This document shows positions 14,287 to 28,520 of a stretch of 64,000 bases of DNA, piece by piece (positions within the stretch are counted from its first letter, which is position 1; every line of letters begins with the position of its first letter). The notes under the pieces are model-generated. The model searched no databases. It saw nothing but the letters and a program-made list of their open reading frames with translations, and was not told the DNA's origin. A program made the translations under genes and the position numbers. Source of the DNA: the human T2T-CHM13v2.0 reference genome, Homo sapiens; assembly GCF_009914755.1 (NCBI RefSeq), contig NC_060937.1. One strand, written 5' to 3'.

Positions 14287-14336
14287 TATGCACACAGTCG
14301 GTGTGACTGGCCAAAAGGTTTTCTATTAATTCAATA

Positions 14337-14989
14337 CAGTCATCCCTCTATCCTCAGGGGGTACGTTCCAAGACCCCCAGAGGATGCCCGAAACCACAGA
14401 TAGTACTGAGCCCCATGTACACTATGTTTTTCCTATCCATCCACACCTGGGATAAAGTTTAATTTATAAATCAGGCACAGTAAGAGATTGACAACAACTA
14501 GTAAAATTGAACAATTATAACAGTATAGTCTCAATTTTACAAAAAGAAGATTCATTCACACTGGAGATCTTAGCAACCTCAGCGTACTATTTCTTTCTGA
14601 AGCCGAGAACTTTTGCTTTCACTTAAAGGAGCACCTTAAGGTTTCTCTTAGGTGTATCCACATCGCCAGCCTCACTGCCCTTGTGCTTTGGGGCCATGAT
14701 GAAGTCAAACGAGAGTTCCTTGAACACGAGCACTGCACCCCTGTGACTGTTGAGCTGATAACTGAGAGGGCCCCTAGGTGACCAGCAGGGGCTTAAGGGG
14801 AGTCGGCAGCTGGACAAAGAGAGGGTTCACGTCTGGGGCAGGGTGGAGTGGGCAGCTGAGATTTTATCATACTGCTCGGAATGGTGCACAATTGAAAACT
14901 TATGAATTGTTTATTTCTGGAATTTTCCATTTAATATTTTCAGACCTTGGGAAACTGTGGAAAGTGAAGCCATGGATAAAGGGCCACTA
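14337..14989 (+). mobile_element. MER44 (Tigger7-derived) DNA transposon
   Basis: TA-CAGTCATCCCTCTATCC...TACGTTCCAAGACCCCCAGAGGATGCCCGAAACC...GGAAACTGTGGAAAGTGAAGCCATGGATAAAGGG. Confidence 0.85.
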
Positions 14990-15034
14990 TCCTATTTCTC
15001 TTCTTCTAATAATTGCTTATATATTGATATCCTA

Positions 15035-15466
<432 letters not shown>

Positions 15467-15595
15467 TTAATGAAGTGAAGAAGATCTGGAACTGGCCCCC
15501 AGATATACTATGAAACATGTAAATGGTGAACAAATAAGGCTCGTTCTTAGGAAAGATTTTCCATGCTGTTTTCACAAGTGTGAAACATGATGATA

Positions 15596-15724
15596 TTTGG
15601 TCGGTGCAAAAGTAATTGCGGTTTTTGCCTTTAAAATTAATGGCAAAAGTTCTTGCCTGAGTTCATGCCTTCCTGGGGCCTGTCACGAACGCAGGGGCTT
15701 ATCTTTCTGAAATGACCAACCTAA
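15596..15724. mobile_element. MADE1 (Hsmar1 MITE) interrupted by a foreign insert
   Basis: TA|TTTGGTCGGTGCAAAAGTAATTGCGGTTTTTGCC...AATGGCAAAA [insert 15649-15714] ACCAACCTAA|TA. Confidence 0.9.
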
Positions 15725-16292
15725 TATGTTGCGTGTAGATTTCTTGCGACATATGGAAAGTGTTTGCAACATGCAGTATTTGATGAATGTTTATCCCAGA
15801 TCCCTTCCTGGTGGTTCAGAGGGAGAGTGAGAGGCCAAGGAGGGAAAGGGGGGTTCAGACATCCTGGCTCTGAGGAAGGGGTCAGGGTTTGGCTACTGGA
15901 GGGGACGAGAGAGGGAAATAGGGTGAGTGAAGACGCGCCAGCTATGCCTGACCAGGGCCTGAGATGATTGTGGCCTTCTGCTATGTAGAACTTCTCTGTT
16001 TATAACCCTATGCGTGTTTTTGGGAGAGCAAATTCACTGTTCCATGCTGCAGATACAGACCACGTTGAGGAAACTTCAACAACACTTCGAGAAAAATGCA
16101 AGAGAATCCTGCTGGCCATTTTGAGACTGATCACGCGGGCTTCTTCGGCTTTGTTTCTGTGGGATTAGCACTTGTCATCTCTCTGACCGCCTATTGGTTC
16201 TTTCTCCTTCCTAGCTTTGGCATTTGTTTTTTCCCTCTCTCCTTATGAACTACAGACTTGACTTTCTGGTGTCTGCTCTGCCCTGGGACAGG

Positions 16293-16466
16293 GAAGGTCT
16301 GCAGGCCGTCTGCTTCCTTCACTGAGGATGTCTCTGCACTGGCCATCTATGAAGGCCTGTAGGCCGTCTGCTTTGATAACTGAGGATGTCTGTGTACTAG
16401 CTGTCTGCAAAGGCCCGCGGGCTGTCTGCTTCCCTCACTGAGGATGCCTGTGCACTGACCATCTGC
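16293..16466. repeat. Diverged 58-bp tandem repeat, 3 copies
   Basis: ACTGAGGATG at 16321, 16379 and 16437. Confidence 0.9.
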
Positions 16467-16977
16467 TACTATTTGGGAGGTCCTTGCCTGAGTTCACACC
16501 TTCTTTGGGCCTGTCATGAATGCAGGGACTTGTCTTCCTGAAACGGCCAAATGTCTTCTGATTGCATTATCTTCCAACTGCAGGCCCCTGAGTCCTTCGT
16601 AGCCAGCCAAATGCTGTGTCCTGGGGAGAAGGAATGGCTGGGTGCTGGTCTCTGGAGCCTGTGTGTTGCTGGGAGCTGCAATCAGGCCACTGAGATCAGG
16701 AGAGGCCTACAGGGACACACACCCAGCCCCTCCAGTCACTTCCCCTTGGATTGACTCTTTGAAAGTTCCCTGTGTCCAGTGTTAGCACCGCAGAGTGACA
16801 CACATCTCAGACACTGCAAGAGCGTCGGGATTTATCAGCATCATTGGAAACAGATGTGCCAATGATGGAGCGACTCCTTAATACAGCTCTCCACGGTCTC
16901 TGCCATCCATTGGAAAGGACTCATAAGGTCCCTCCAGCTTCCACTCCTGCCCATGCTCATTTAAAAACTACAACAAA

Positions 16978-18139
<1,162 letters not shown>

Positions 18140-18324
18140 TCATGGGGGACTTAGGAAGAGAGGGCAAGTGACTGCTATCACTAAATAGTGTTGGGTTCCA
18201 GGTCTGGCTCTAGACTAACAATAACATGCTGAGTGATTCATCTTGAAGGTTGGGGTTTGGAATCTCAGGTAAAGTTTGAACCCACTGTGATATGTCACTG
18301 GCCATAAAAATGCTTCTTGGCCAT

Positions 18325-18682
18325 TGATATGGTTTGGCTGTGTCCCCACCCAAATATCATCTTGAATTGTAACCCCCCACAGTTCCCATGTGTTGGGAGG
18401 AACCCGATGGGAGGTAATTGAATTATGGGGCCGGGTATTTCCTGCGCTGTTCTTGTGATAGAGAATGAGTCTCATGAGATCTCGTGATGGTTTTAAAAAC
18501 GGGAGTTTCCCTGCACAAGCTCTCTCCTGTCTGCCACCATGTGAGATGTGCCTTTCACCTTCTACCATGATTGTGAGGCCTCCCCAGCCATATGGAACTG
18601 TAAGTCCAATAAACCTCTTTCTTTTGTAAGTTGCCCAGTCTCGGGTATGTCTTTATCAGCAGCATGAAAACAGACTAACACA
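18325..18682 (+). mobile_element. THE1B (MaLR) solo LTR with 5-bp TSD GCCAT
   Basis: TGATATGGTTTGGCTGTGTCCCCACCCAAAT...AATAAACCTCTTTC...GAAAACAGACTAACACA; GCCAT at 18320-18324 and 18683-18687. Confidence 0.95.
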
Positions 18683-19390
18683 GCCATGATAAAGCCTTGC
18701 TTGCTCTGCCCACTGGCAGGACTCAGGCGTCGCTGTGCGGATGTGATGGGGCATGAAGAGCTCTCCAAGACCCTGCCTAGGGTCACAGCTAAGCCCCAGA
18801 GCCCTCACCTGTGCTGTCTGTGCCGGCCTTGAGGCCGTTCCTCCACTAAGCCTACCCTGTGGCTTTCCTGCAGCTTGGTGCTGAGGGAGTTTGCCCACCC
18901 TCTCCTCTGTCCTCCTGGCATCCTTCTCAGTGTCTATGTACCATCTCATTTCCCCGACTAGATGGAAAGTTCCCTGAGTATTGATTGAAGCGCAGGCCCT
19001 GCTGTGTTCCCTAGGGTGGTGAGAGGATGGTAGCATTTTCTGAGGACATGGGTGGAGTCACACAGGGTTATGGCTGCTGAAGGAGGGCCATACTCCCAGA
19101 GGCCTATGGGCATCAGGGCATTAGTGAGGCTTTCAGGGGTGATGGACCCCCTCCTGGCAGTTCTGAGGCCATGCATCTGCTGGGGTGAGCTGTCCTAGCT
19201 GTCAAGTGCCTTGCTGGCCTGAGCTGTGGCCACTGGGCTGGGCTCTGTCCCTTGCATCTGACTCCTCTTCCCCCAGCATGCACCGAGGGAGGAGGGGCTC
19301 TTGGGACCATGGGCTCAGGGCCGGGCAGGGTGCATTCAGACACCTCTCTGCCTACTCAGTCCCCCTCCTCGTCTTTGGCATTGACACCTT

Positions 19391-19750
19391 TGTGGGTTAA
19401 GAAGTATGTGGAAGTCCCAACCCCCAGTACTTTAGAGTGTGACCTTATTTGAAAATCACATTGTTGCAGGTGTAATTAGCTAAGGTGAGGTCACAGTGGG
19501 ATGGGCCCTGATCCAGTCAAACTGGCGTCATAGGAAGAGACGCAGAGGAAGACCACAGGGAGGAGCCCTGTGGGGGCGGAGGCGGGGTGGGCACTGCAGC
19601 CCAAAGCTAAGGACTGAGGTCCAGAGCAGGTGGGGACTGGAAGGGGCTGAGGGGCGCGGTTTTAAGGTCCTGACACTCTGACTGCAGGCTTCCAGTTGCT
19701 TTTGTTTTCAACTTCTGTCTTGCAGTGCTGTTACGGCTGCCCTAGGTGTC
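19391..19750 (+). mobile_element. MLT1B/C-like LTR fragment
   Basis: GAAGTCCCAACCCCCAGTAC...GTGTGACCTTATTTGAAAAT...TTGCAGGTGTAATTAGCTAAGGTGAGGTCA. Confidence 0.75.
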
Positions 19751-21053
19751 TCGCGCAGGGCCCCGTCTTGCACGTGGGAACCACTGTCCTTCACTCAACA
19801 CTGAGGCACCACCGAGTGGATGAATCCCTGGGCTGTGAGGTCTGGGAAGGATCCACCTGGCCAGTGAGAGGCACCTGGGAATATCTGTGGGCCTGCTGGA
19901 AGATGAACCCTTTTCCACAGAGGGGTTTGCACACTGTGCTCCTAGGAACGCTAAGGGTTTTTAGAGACCCCAGAGACTGAGAGATGGAGGGGCAACCCTG
20001 CCCACCCTGTTCTGGCAGAGAAGCGCCCCACTGTTCGCTTAATTTATATGTACTCATATTCCATGTGAAAAATAATGCCCTAGATACAAATTTTCACACT
20101 TCTAATCTCTTAGCTGGTTGGGCTCAAGAATGATGGTTTGTTCCCTTTTTCATCCCCTAAGTGAAAAACAAAAGCCTAAATTTCAAATTTGCAGATAAGA
20201 AAACCAAGCCAGAGGTCACATAAAACCCAAGGCTTCTGACTCAGCACGAAGACCAAAATTCAGATACTTGAATACGCCATGAACTCTGTTAGTAAACATC
20301 ACTGTATTCCTGTGGGGAGGTTTACGGGTTAGAACAAAACAGACCTTGAGTTCTTAGTCCATGGACAGAGTTATTTCCCGCCTTGACCCGCACATTGCAT
20401 GTGCTGAACAGAGAAACGAGGGGCGATGGGGCTCCGTGAAGGAGCACGAAGGAGCTGCGTGCGGAGCGTCCTGCGGTGGGAGCGGTCCTGATTTGCTGTT
20501 CACACAGTCGGGACCCTTCTCACAGTCTCACATGAGCCCTGCATTCAGGTGCCCAGAAGGAATGAACTTCAGAAGCTGTAACAGAGGGACACACGCTTCC
20601 CATCCCCACCTCCCGCTCCTCAGCCCCTGCTTCTCCTTTCTCTCTCTCCCTTTCTCATATGGGTTATTTAATTTCCTCCCAAGGGTTCCATGCTGCCTTT
20701 GTCAGGTGCTGTCACTGGCAGGCACTTGTTTGAGTGAAGCCATCTCCATTCTGTAATTAGAGTCTGGGCAGGGAGCATCCGGAGACCCCGGGCAGGACTA
20801 TGTGGGAGGGTGAGCCTCACCTCACCTCGAACGAGGGGCTGCTCAGGCCCAGACTGAGAACAGCGTGCGGGGAACAAACCCTTCCATTGTTATCCGCACG
20901 CGCCAAACCAGCTCCTTTCAAAATGATTTCTAAAATCACTGCGATCACAGAGCTCCTGCTCACTCCTGCCCCTTCAAGCCAGAGGGCCTCACCCTCAGAA
21001 GCAGAGGTCCCATGGTCTAGACACGCCCAGTGGGTAAGTGTAGCATGCCTACC

Positions 21054-21354
21054 TTTTTTTTTTTTTTTTTTTTTGAGAAGGAGTCTCACTCTGTTTCCCA
21101 GGCTGGAGTGCAATGGCACTATCTTGGCTCACCACAACCCCCACCTTCCCAGTTAAAGGATTCTTGTGTTTCAGCCTCCCGAGTAGCTGGGACTACAGGC
21201 ATGTGCCACCATGCCCAGCTAATTCTTGTATTTTTAGTAGAGACAGGTTTCACCACATTGGCCAGGCTGGTCTTGAACTCCTGGCCTCAAGTGAACCACC
21301 CACCTTGGTTTCCCCAAGTGCTAGGATTACAGGTGTGAGCCACTGTGCCTGGCC
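21054..21354 (-). mobile_element. Alu (older AluJ/S)
   Basis: Poly-T followed by a full antisense Alu. Confidence 0.97.
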
Positions 21355-21938
21355 TCCTGCCTGCTTTTTTAATGCATATCAGATTAACTCTTCAGTGTGA
21401 CAACAGCCATTTACCAAGTGGCACCATTGCATGCTCCACCAAAGTCTGAGGGGACAAGCGGGGCTTCCCCCAACCTGGGCTGGATCTGTTCCTCCAAGTA
21501 ACAAAAATGTGTTCTTGTAACGTGCACCATGGCGTCCCATTTTTCCTGATTGGGTTCAGTCTGAAAGCACAAGAGGTGGGTAATGTCTGAGAGAGGACTT
21601 CAGGGAGAGGAGTTTAGGGCAGCAACTGGTCAAACAGGTCAGCCAATAGGAAGAAAAAGATTGGTAGTGTTTAAATGGTTCTTCATCAACCCCAGAATAG
21701 GTGGTAGATGAATGAATGAAATTCCTACTTCAGAGAAAGTGATGCCAGATGTTTAGGATGTGGCCCAGCCTGCTTTCCCAGCTCCGGAGTCCCACATGTC
21801 CTCCCTCTTGGATGTGCGAATAGAAACGGCAATATGATTTGCACTGAATTTGTAACAGAAGAGATTGGTGGTTTTGGAATTTCAGAATGTTCAGGGCAGC
21901 CTCTTCTGTGTGAGACATGTTGCAACACAGGGCTCTTG

Positions 21939-22069
21939 TCTCTACAGCGTGTGGACAGCGCGCGCCCTCTACAGCGTGTGGGTGCGCGTGCTCTCTACAG
22001 CGTGTGGATGCGTGTGCCCTCTACAGTGTGCGGATGCGTGTGCTCTCTACAGTGTGTGGATGTGTGTGC
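21939..22069. repeat. 26-27-bp minisatellite, 5 copies
   Basis: TCTACAG at 21941, 21968, 21994, 22020 and 22046. Confidence 0.95.
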
Positions 22070-25000
22070 AGATGACAGGGCTGGTCACTGGAAGCAAGAC
22101 AGGCACTTCCAACCATCTCAGCTTCATGGGTATCTTCTCGTGGCCAAGCTGGAACCGAACCTAGACCATGGGAGGTTCTGGAGGAGAGAGGCTAGATCAG
22201 GCCGGGTACTCCTACAGGACGGGACGAGTGTGAAAAGGCTGCCGTTTCATTGTTTCTGCAGGTGACATCCATCCTGTTAAAAAACAAAGAGCCCGAACCC
22301 ATCGTACATGAAAACAACAATTGTGTGGTTCCTCTCCTTCCCCAATGTCAGGCTGTTCCGTGAACATGCTTCATCCTGGCCCCATCTCTGGGAGGACAGG
22401 TACTTGGCAGGAATGATGTCTCTTTCCCTCACAGATGGAAAATTTGGGACATAAAGAAGTGAGGATGCATTCAGCTCATCTCTCTGGCAGAATCAAAAGT
22501 GGAGTGGGGTGTCTGGAATCTGGGTGGGCAGACCTGTCAACTACTGTCCTCGGGAGAGACGGAACAGGGCAGGATGGGCCCTAATGAATGCAAAGACGAG
22601 ACTCGAGAGAGAGGAGAGAGGAGCAGAAGCCTGGAGCTGAGCGCAGCAGGGCCCTGTGTCCCCTCGAGTACGTATGTGCTCAGGAGGAATGGGTCAGGCG
22701 GGAAGTGGAGTGAGCCCTGCCGGCGACCAGCTCCCATCCCCTGCTTCCTCTGTGCAGGCACAGTACCTACCACAACCCCGAGACAGATGCAGCAGTCACC
22801 CCGTTTTCCAGTGAGAACCTTAAGGAACTGGACGGTTCCGAAACTTCCCATGGTTGCACAGCTCAGGATTTGTCTCAGCCGTCTCCAAAATCCAGCCCTA
22901 AGCTACCCTGCTGCATGGGTCTGAATCTTACTGGCTGGGAATGCCAGGGGTGCTTGGCTCCATCTGAAATTCCCTCCTAGGCTAGTGGAGCATCCCAGGC
23001 TCAAACCTGATCTGGGAGCGGGACTGGTGTGGAGGACAGGCCCAGGCAGCCTATTCTGAGCCTCTGTCTGCAGAACTGGACCAGGGGTGAGCACAGGGCT
23101 CCTGTCGGGGAGCTTCTGTGCCCAACCTGGTGTGGAGCTCTAAGCTGGAAGCACCCGGGTGAATTGCAGGAATGAGCCTTGGGTTCCTGGCTGCTAAAGT
23201 GGGGACAGCTTGGAAGATGAAGTGCTGGCCTCAGGGCATCGTGGCTTAGCTCCCGTGGAACAGATGAGGCCCAACTCTGAACAGGCTGGGCCTGTGGACT
23301 GTTTTTGCCTCCACTGGTGGATAAGGTCAGAAGATGGAGTGAATCAGTAGGTGAAATTTGTGTAATTTTTCAGTTGCCCTGGGATCCGGTTGCGACGACC
23401 ACAGTCTTGTCCAAGTGATCTGGGAGCGGCGTTTACTGGGACTCTGTGGTGTCTGCTCCGCCTGGCTCAGGGCGCTCTGCAGACGGAGTCTTTCCGCCCT
23501 CATGCTCCAGACACCCACGGTGCACATCCATCCCAGGCCATCACTCACCACCGCCCCTTTACCAACCTTTCCCTCGCCTTTCCCTCCTCCCTCCTCCCTC
23601 CTCTCTCTCTACCAGTGTATTCCTCCTGCTGACAGTACCTCTTTCTCCACATTGTGAAGGGACTTTGTGCTTCTGCCATTCAACTCTCACAGAAAGCGTT
23701 GCCTCCCATTTAGAATGTTTAGAAACCTCCAGAGTATTTATTTCCTTGCTTTGATTTGGACACAGAAGCAATTCTAGTCCTTTTTTTCTAAGCTGTGTGT
23801 GTGATGAAGATAGACACAGCATCGACACATTATTTCAGCCATTTCTATACCAGGGAATCATTCATTCATGGTTCTTCTTACTGCAAGCCCAGCTTTCAAG
23901 GGTGATTTTGACTTTCAGGGTAATATTCCAATATTTTGGGTAACATTTTCTCTCTGTAAGATAAAAGGTGTTTTTGTGGTGGCAGCTGCATCCTGTGCTT
24001 GGGGGAATGGACACGTACTACTTGTGTTAAGTGATCACTGCACGTGTTCACCGCCTCACCTCTCTCACCACGCCCACCCTTGGCTCTCACACCATCCCTG
24101 CTCTCCCTCTCTGCCTCATGCCAGGATTTCCTTCTATCTGGATTTTATTTTCCTTCGCCTCTCTCTGTTTCCAAATCCTCATCTCTTCTGTTTCACTGTT
24201 TCTTTTCACCGTCTTCAGATATCTTATTTAGATTTTTTCTATCTTAACCTTTTTTTAGTAAAAAGAAAATACCAGAGGTTTTTCTGATATATTCACTGAT
24301 CATTTCTGAATTGACATACATTCAGCTATAAGGAGATTCTGAAACTACAGTGTGGCATGTGAGAGCAGATGCGTGTGACTGAGGTCGTGCCAGCACACCT
24401 GCAGTCCTGCAGACCTGGGAAGCTCCACTGACAGTTGCAAACCCCACGCCTGTGACTGCCTCCCCCACGGGGCAGGACCTGGCATGAGCAGAACCCACAC
24501 CCAAAGTACTCTAGTTGAAATAGATGAGAAAAACAGAAAGCCATTAAATAACAGATCTGGAATCCATTCCACGTTTGCTGTGTGCAAAGCCCACGGTAGG
24601 TAATTTCACTGTTGAGGGTTCCTAGCCTCAGAGATGTCCTAAAGGCTGCATTAGCCACAGAGCCCAGGTTCGAGGCCAGCTCCCTCTGCACCAATGCCTC
24701 TGCTCTTCTCCAGCTCGCACTAGGAAGCACTGACCAGACCAGGCTGGTTAAATGGTCAAAGCAGACTCTATCCTAACGCACAAACCAGAGGTCACTTATC
24801 AAAGGCACTTCTGTGTTCACTTCATGAGGCCTGTGGACTTCTTTGGAACATCTCAACCTGATCTTAGCTCACCTCAGACTGCTCCCTGGGTTCTCCCTGA
24901 CGTAACAACCTCGTTTCCGTCTCCAGCAACTGCCCGTTTTCCTCCTGGATGTGGCCAGAGCTCCTCCCCCGACCTGTGTGTCCACCCCAGCAGGCCCGCT

Positions 25001-25130
25001 GACCACCTAGAGCAGCGCTCTCCCACCTGGAAGTGGCCCTCCCGACATGCTCTATAGAACACCTTCCTTCAGGCATCATTGGCTGCCTGAGCTATGTCCA
25101 GGCTGGATAGAGGTGTAGGCTGAGGGAGGC

Positions 25131-25565
25131 CCTGGATCCTGGGGAGACTCTGTGCACACGCCAGGGAAGACGCTGGCCCCGGATCCTGGGAAGACTCTGT
25201 GTGCACACGCCAGGGAAGACGCTGGCCCCGGATCCTGGGAAGACTCTGTGTGCACACGCCAGGGAAGACGCTGGTCCCGGATCCTGGGAAGACTCTGTGT
25301 GCACACGCCAGGGAAGACGCTGGTCCCGGATCCTGGGGAGACTCTGTGCACACGCCAGGGAAGACGCTGGTCCCGGATCCTGGGGAGACTCTGTGTGCCC
25401 ACGCCAGGGAAGAAGCTGGTCCCGGATCCTGGGGAGACTCTGTGTGCCCACGCCAGGGAAGAAGCTGGTCCCGGATCCTGGGAGGATTCTGTGTGCACAC
25501 GCCAGGGAAGATGCTGGCCCCGGATCTTCGTGGGACTTTGTTGGTGTACACCAGGGAAGATGGTG
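25131..25565. repeat. 47/49-bp GC-rich VNTR, ~9 copies
   Basis: GGATC recurs at 25134, 25181, 25230, 25279, 25328, 25375, 25424, 25473 and 25522. Confidence 0.97.
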
Positions 25566-26639
25566 GCAAAAGTGTGAGAGGCCGAGAGCTCCTCTCTCAG
25601 TGCCCCTCAGCTCAGAAAAATATAGGGCTTCAGCTGGGGCTCAGGTCTGCATGATTAAAACGGGCGTGAACGTATGACGGGCCTGAACTCCGAGTCCAGA
25701 TGGAGCGTGCCCAGGGAGTGGCTCTGTGAGGTCTCCGGTCTCCCCTGCGGCGGCATTGCTATGCCTGTGCTGGCATCCGCCTCGGCCTGCACTGGTTCTC
25801 CTCACACTCCCTTCTTGATGTGTGCCCCCAGTAGCCAGAGCACACCTGCTCCAGCCCCCTTAGCAAACCCAGGGCCCCTTTCGTGTTCCCAAACCAACAA
25901 TCCTGGCCTCATATGGGATGGGCCAACCCATTTTCCCCAGAGCTGGTGTGGAGCTCGCTAACCCCCTGGGTGGGGCGCTGCATATCACAGGAGTGGGGAA
26001 CGGAACCAAAGTCGCCTGTTCTCAGGGACTGGGGCATGGTTGCTTAGGAAGCAGGCAGTGATGCCCAGCATGATGTGTTTCCTTTTATCTCCACTTCTGC
26101 CACTCTGCGGAGTCAGGCTCAGTCCATGCCCCAGGGATTGTGGGTCAGTGTCTCACGTGCTCTAATCAGAGACTCCAGGGACCTAACTCAGCATCCACAT
26201 GGCTAAGGCAGCCGTGAGGAGTTCTCCAAGGCCCCTGCACCCCTACGTGACTTGTCCTGGTGGTGTGTTAGGCAGACTAGGGATGTTGGAAATGGATTTT
26301 CATTGGTTGGCAAGTGTGTGGATGAGGAAGGAATGTGTTCTGGGGCCGTGGCCCCTGCATGACTGGTGAGTCCAGCAGCCCTCGTACCCTGGAGCAGGCT
26401 CTGTGTTTCTATCACCAGAGGCCTTGAGAGATGGGCAGCTTACCCCAAACTCAGCAGTCATCTTGTTGCCTTGGAGGGAGTTCCCTGCAAAGCACTTGGA
26501 GCATCTGGGAGATGCTGCTGCTGAATGCAGGTGTGTGCCGGAGCTCCGGTGACCAGGCTGGGGGAGCCGGGGTCCTCCCCTCTGCGGTCACATGGGCCGC
26601 AGGAGAACCAGCATCAGGGAGCCGCTTCCAAGCCAGAGT

Positions 26640-26810
26640 CTGAAGCCGAGTGGGTTATGGGGTTGGTGTGTTGTGAATCCCACACCTGCCACTTTTTAGC
26701 CACATGACGTAACCCCTCTGTACCTAAGTCCTTTCAATGAAGTGGGGGTGATAATGGCGCTGGCCTCATGGAGTTGTTGGATTTACTGAGTTAAGATGCC
26801 CTGAGTGCTG
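26640..26810. mobile_element. MIR fragment
   Basis: TGTGAATCCCACACCTGCCACTTTTTAGC...AACCCCTCTGTACCTAAGTC...GGGGTGATAATGGCG...CTCATGGAGTTGTT. Confidence 0.6.
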
Positions 26811-27264
26811 AGGATGTGGGTGACAGACAGGGCCCCCCCGGTGCTGGCCAGTCTCGCTGTCCTGAGGGCCGCCAGCGCCATTCCTCCTGAGCAGCCCCTT
26901 GGACAAGGGTGGTGACGAGATGAGCGAGTGTTGGCCGACACATGTGTTTGGAGGGGCTTGACTGGGTCTCACGTCCCCATTCCCTGTCTTCAGGAACCAA
27001 GTGTGAGCCAAGGGGGGGAGGTGCAGGATGGATACAGGTGACCAGCCCCGGGGGCAGGAAGAGCTGAGGACCCATGGCAGCAAGAGGCCCCTTGGCGTGT
27101 GGACTGACTCCTCCACTTGAGCTGTTTCCTTATGTCCTCGACCTTAGGAAAAACCCCAAGCCTAGGCAGGCCTTGCTGAAATGCCAAGAGGGTCGCACAT
27201 CGACGGCTCACCTGGGGACACCAAGGGGCTCCAACGCCACCTTGCGGTGGGGGGTGGGGGTGGT

Positions 27265-28520
<1,256 letters not shown>

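Noticed and set aside
18579-18591. PRDM9 hotspot motif position in THE1B
   Set aside because: It reads CCTCCCCAGCCAT, mismatching CCNCCNTNNCCNC at positions 7 and 13, so it is not the hotspot-associated form.
25069-25677. Multiple overlapping 120-166 aa ORFs and a CRISPR-like periodicity
   Set aside because: A head-to-tail VNTR with no unique spacers, in eukaryotic DNA with no cas genes.
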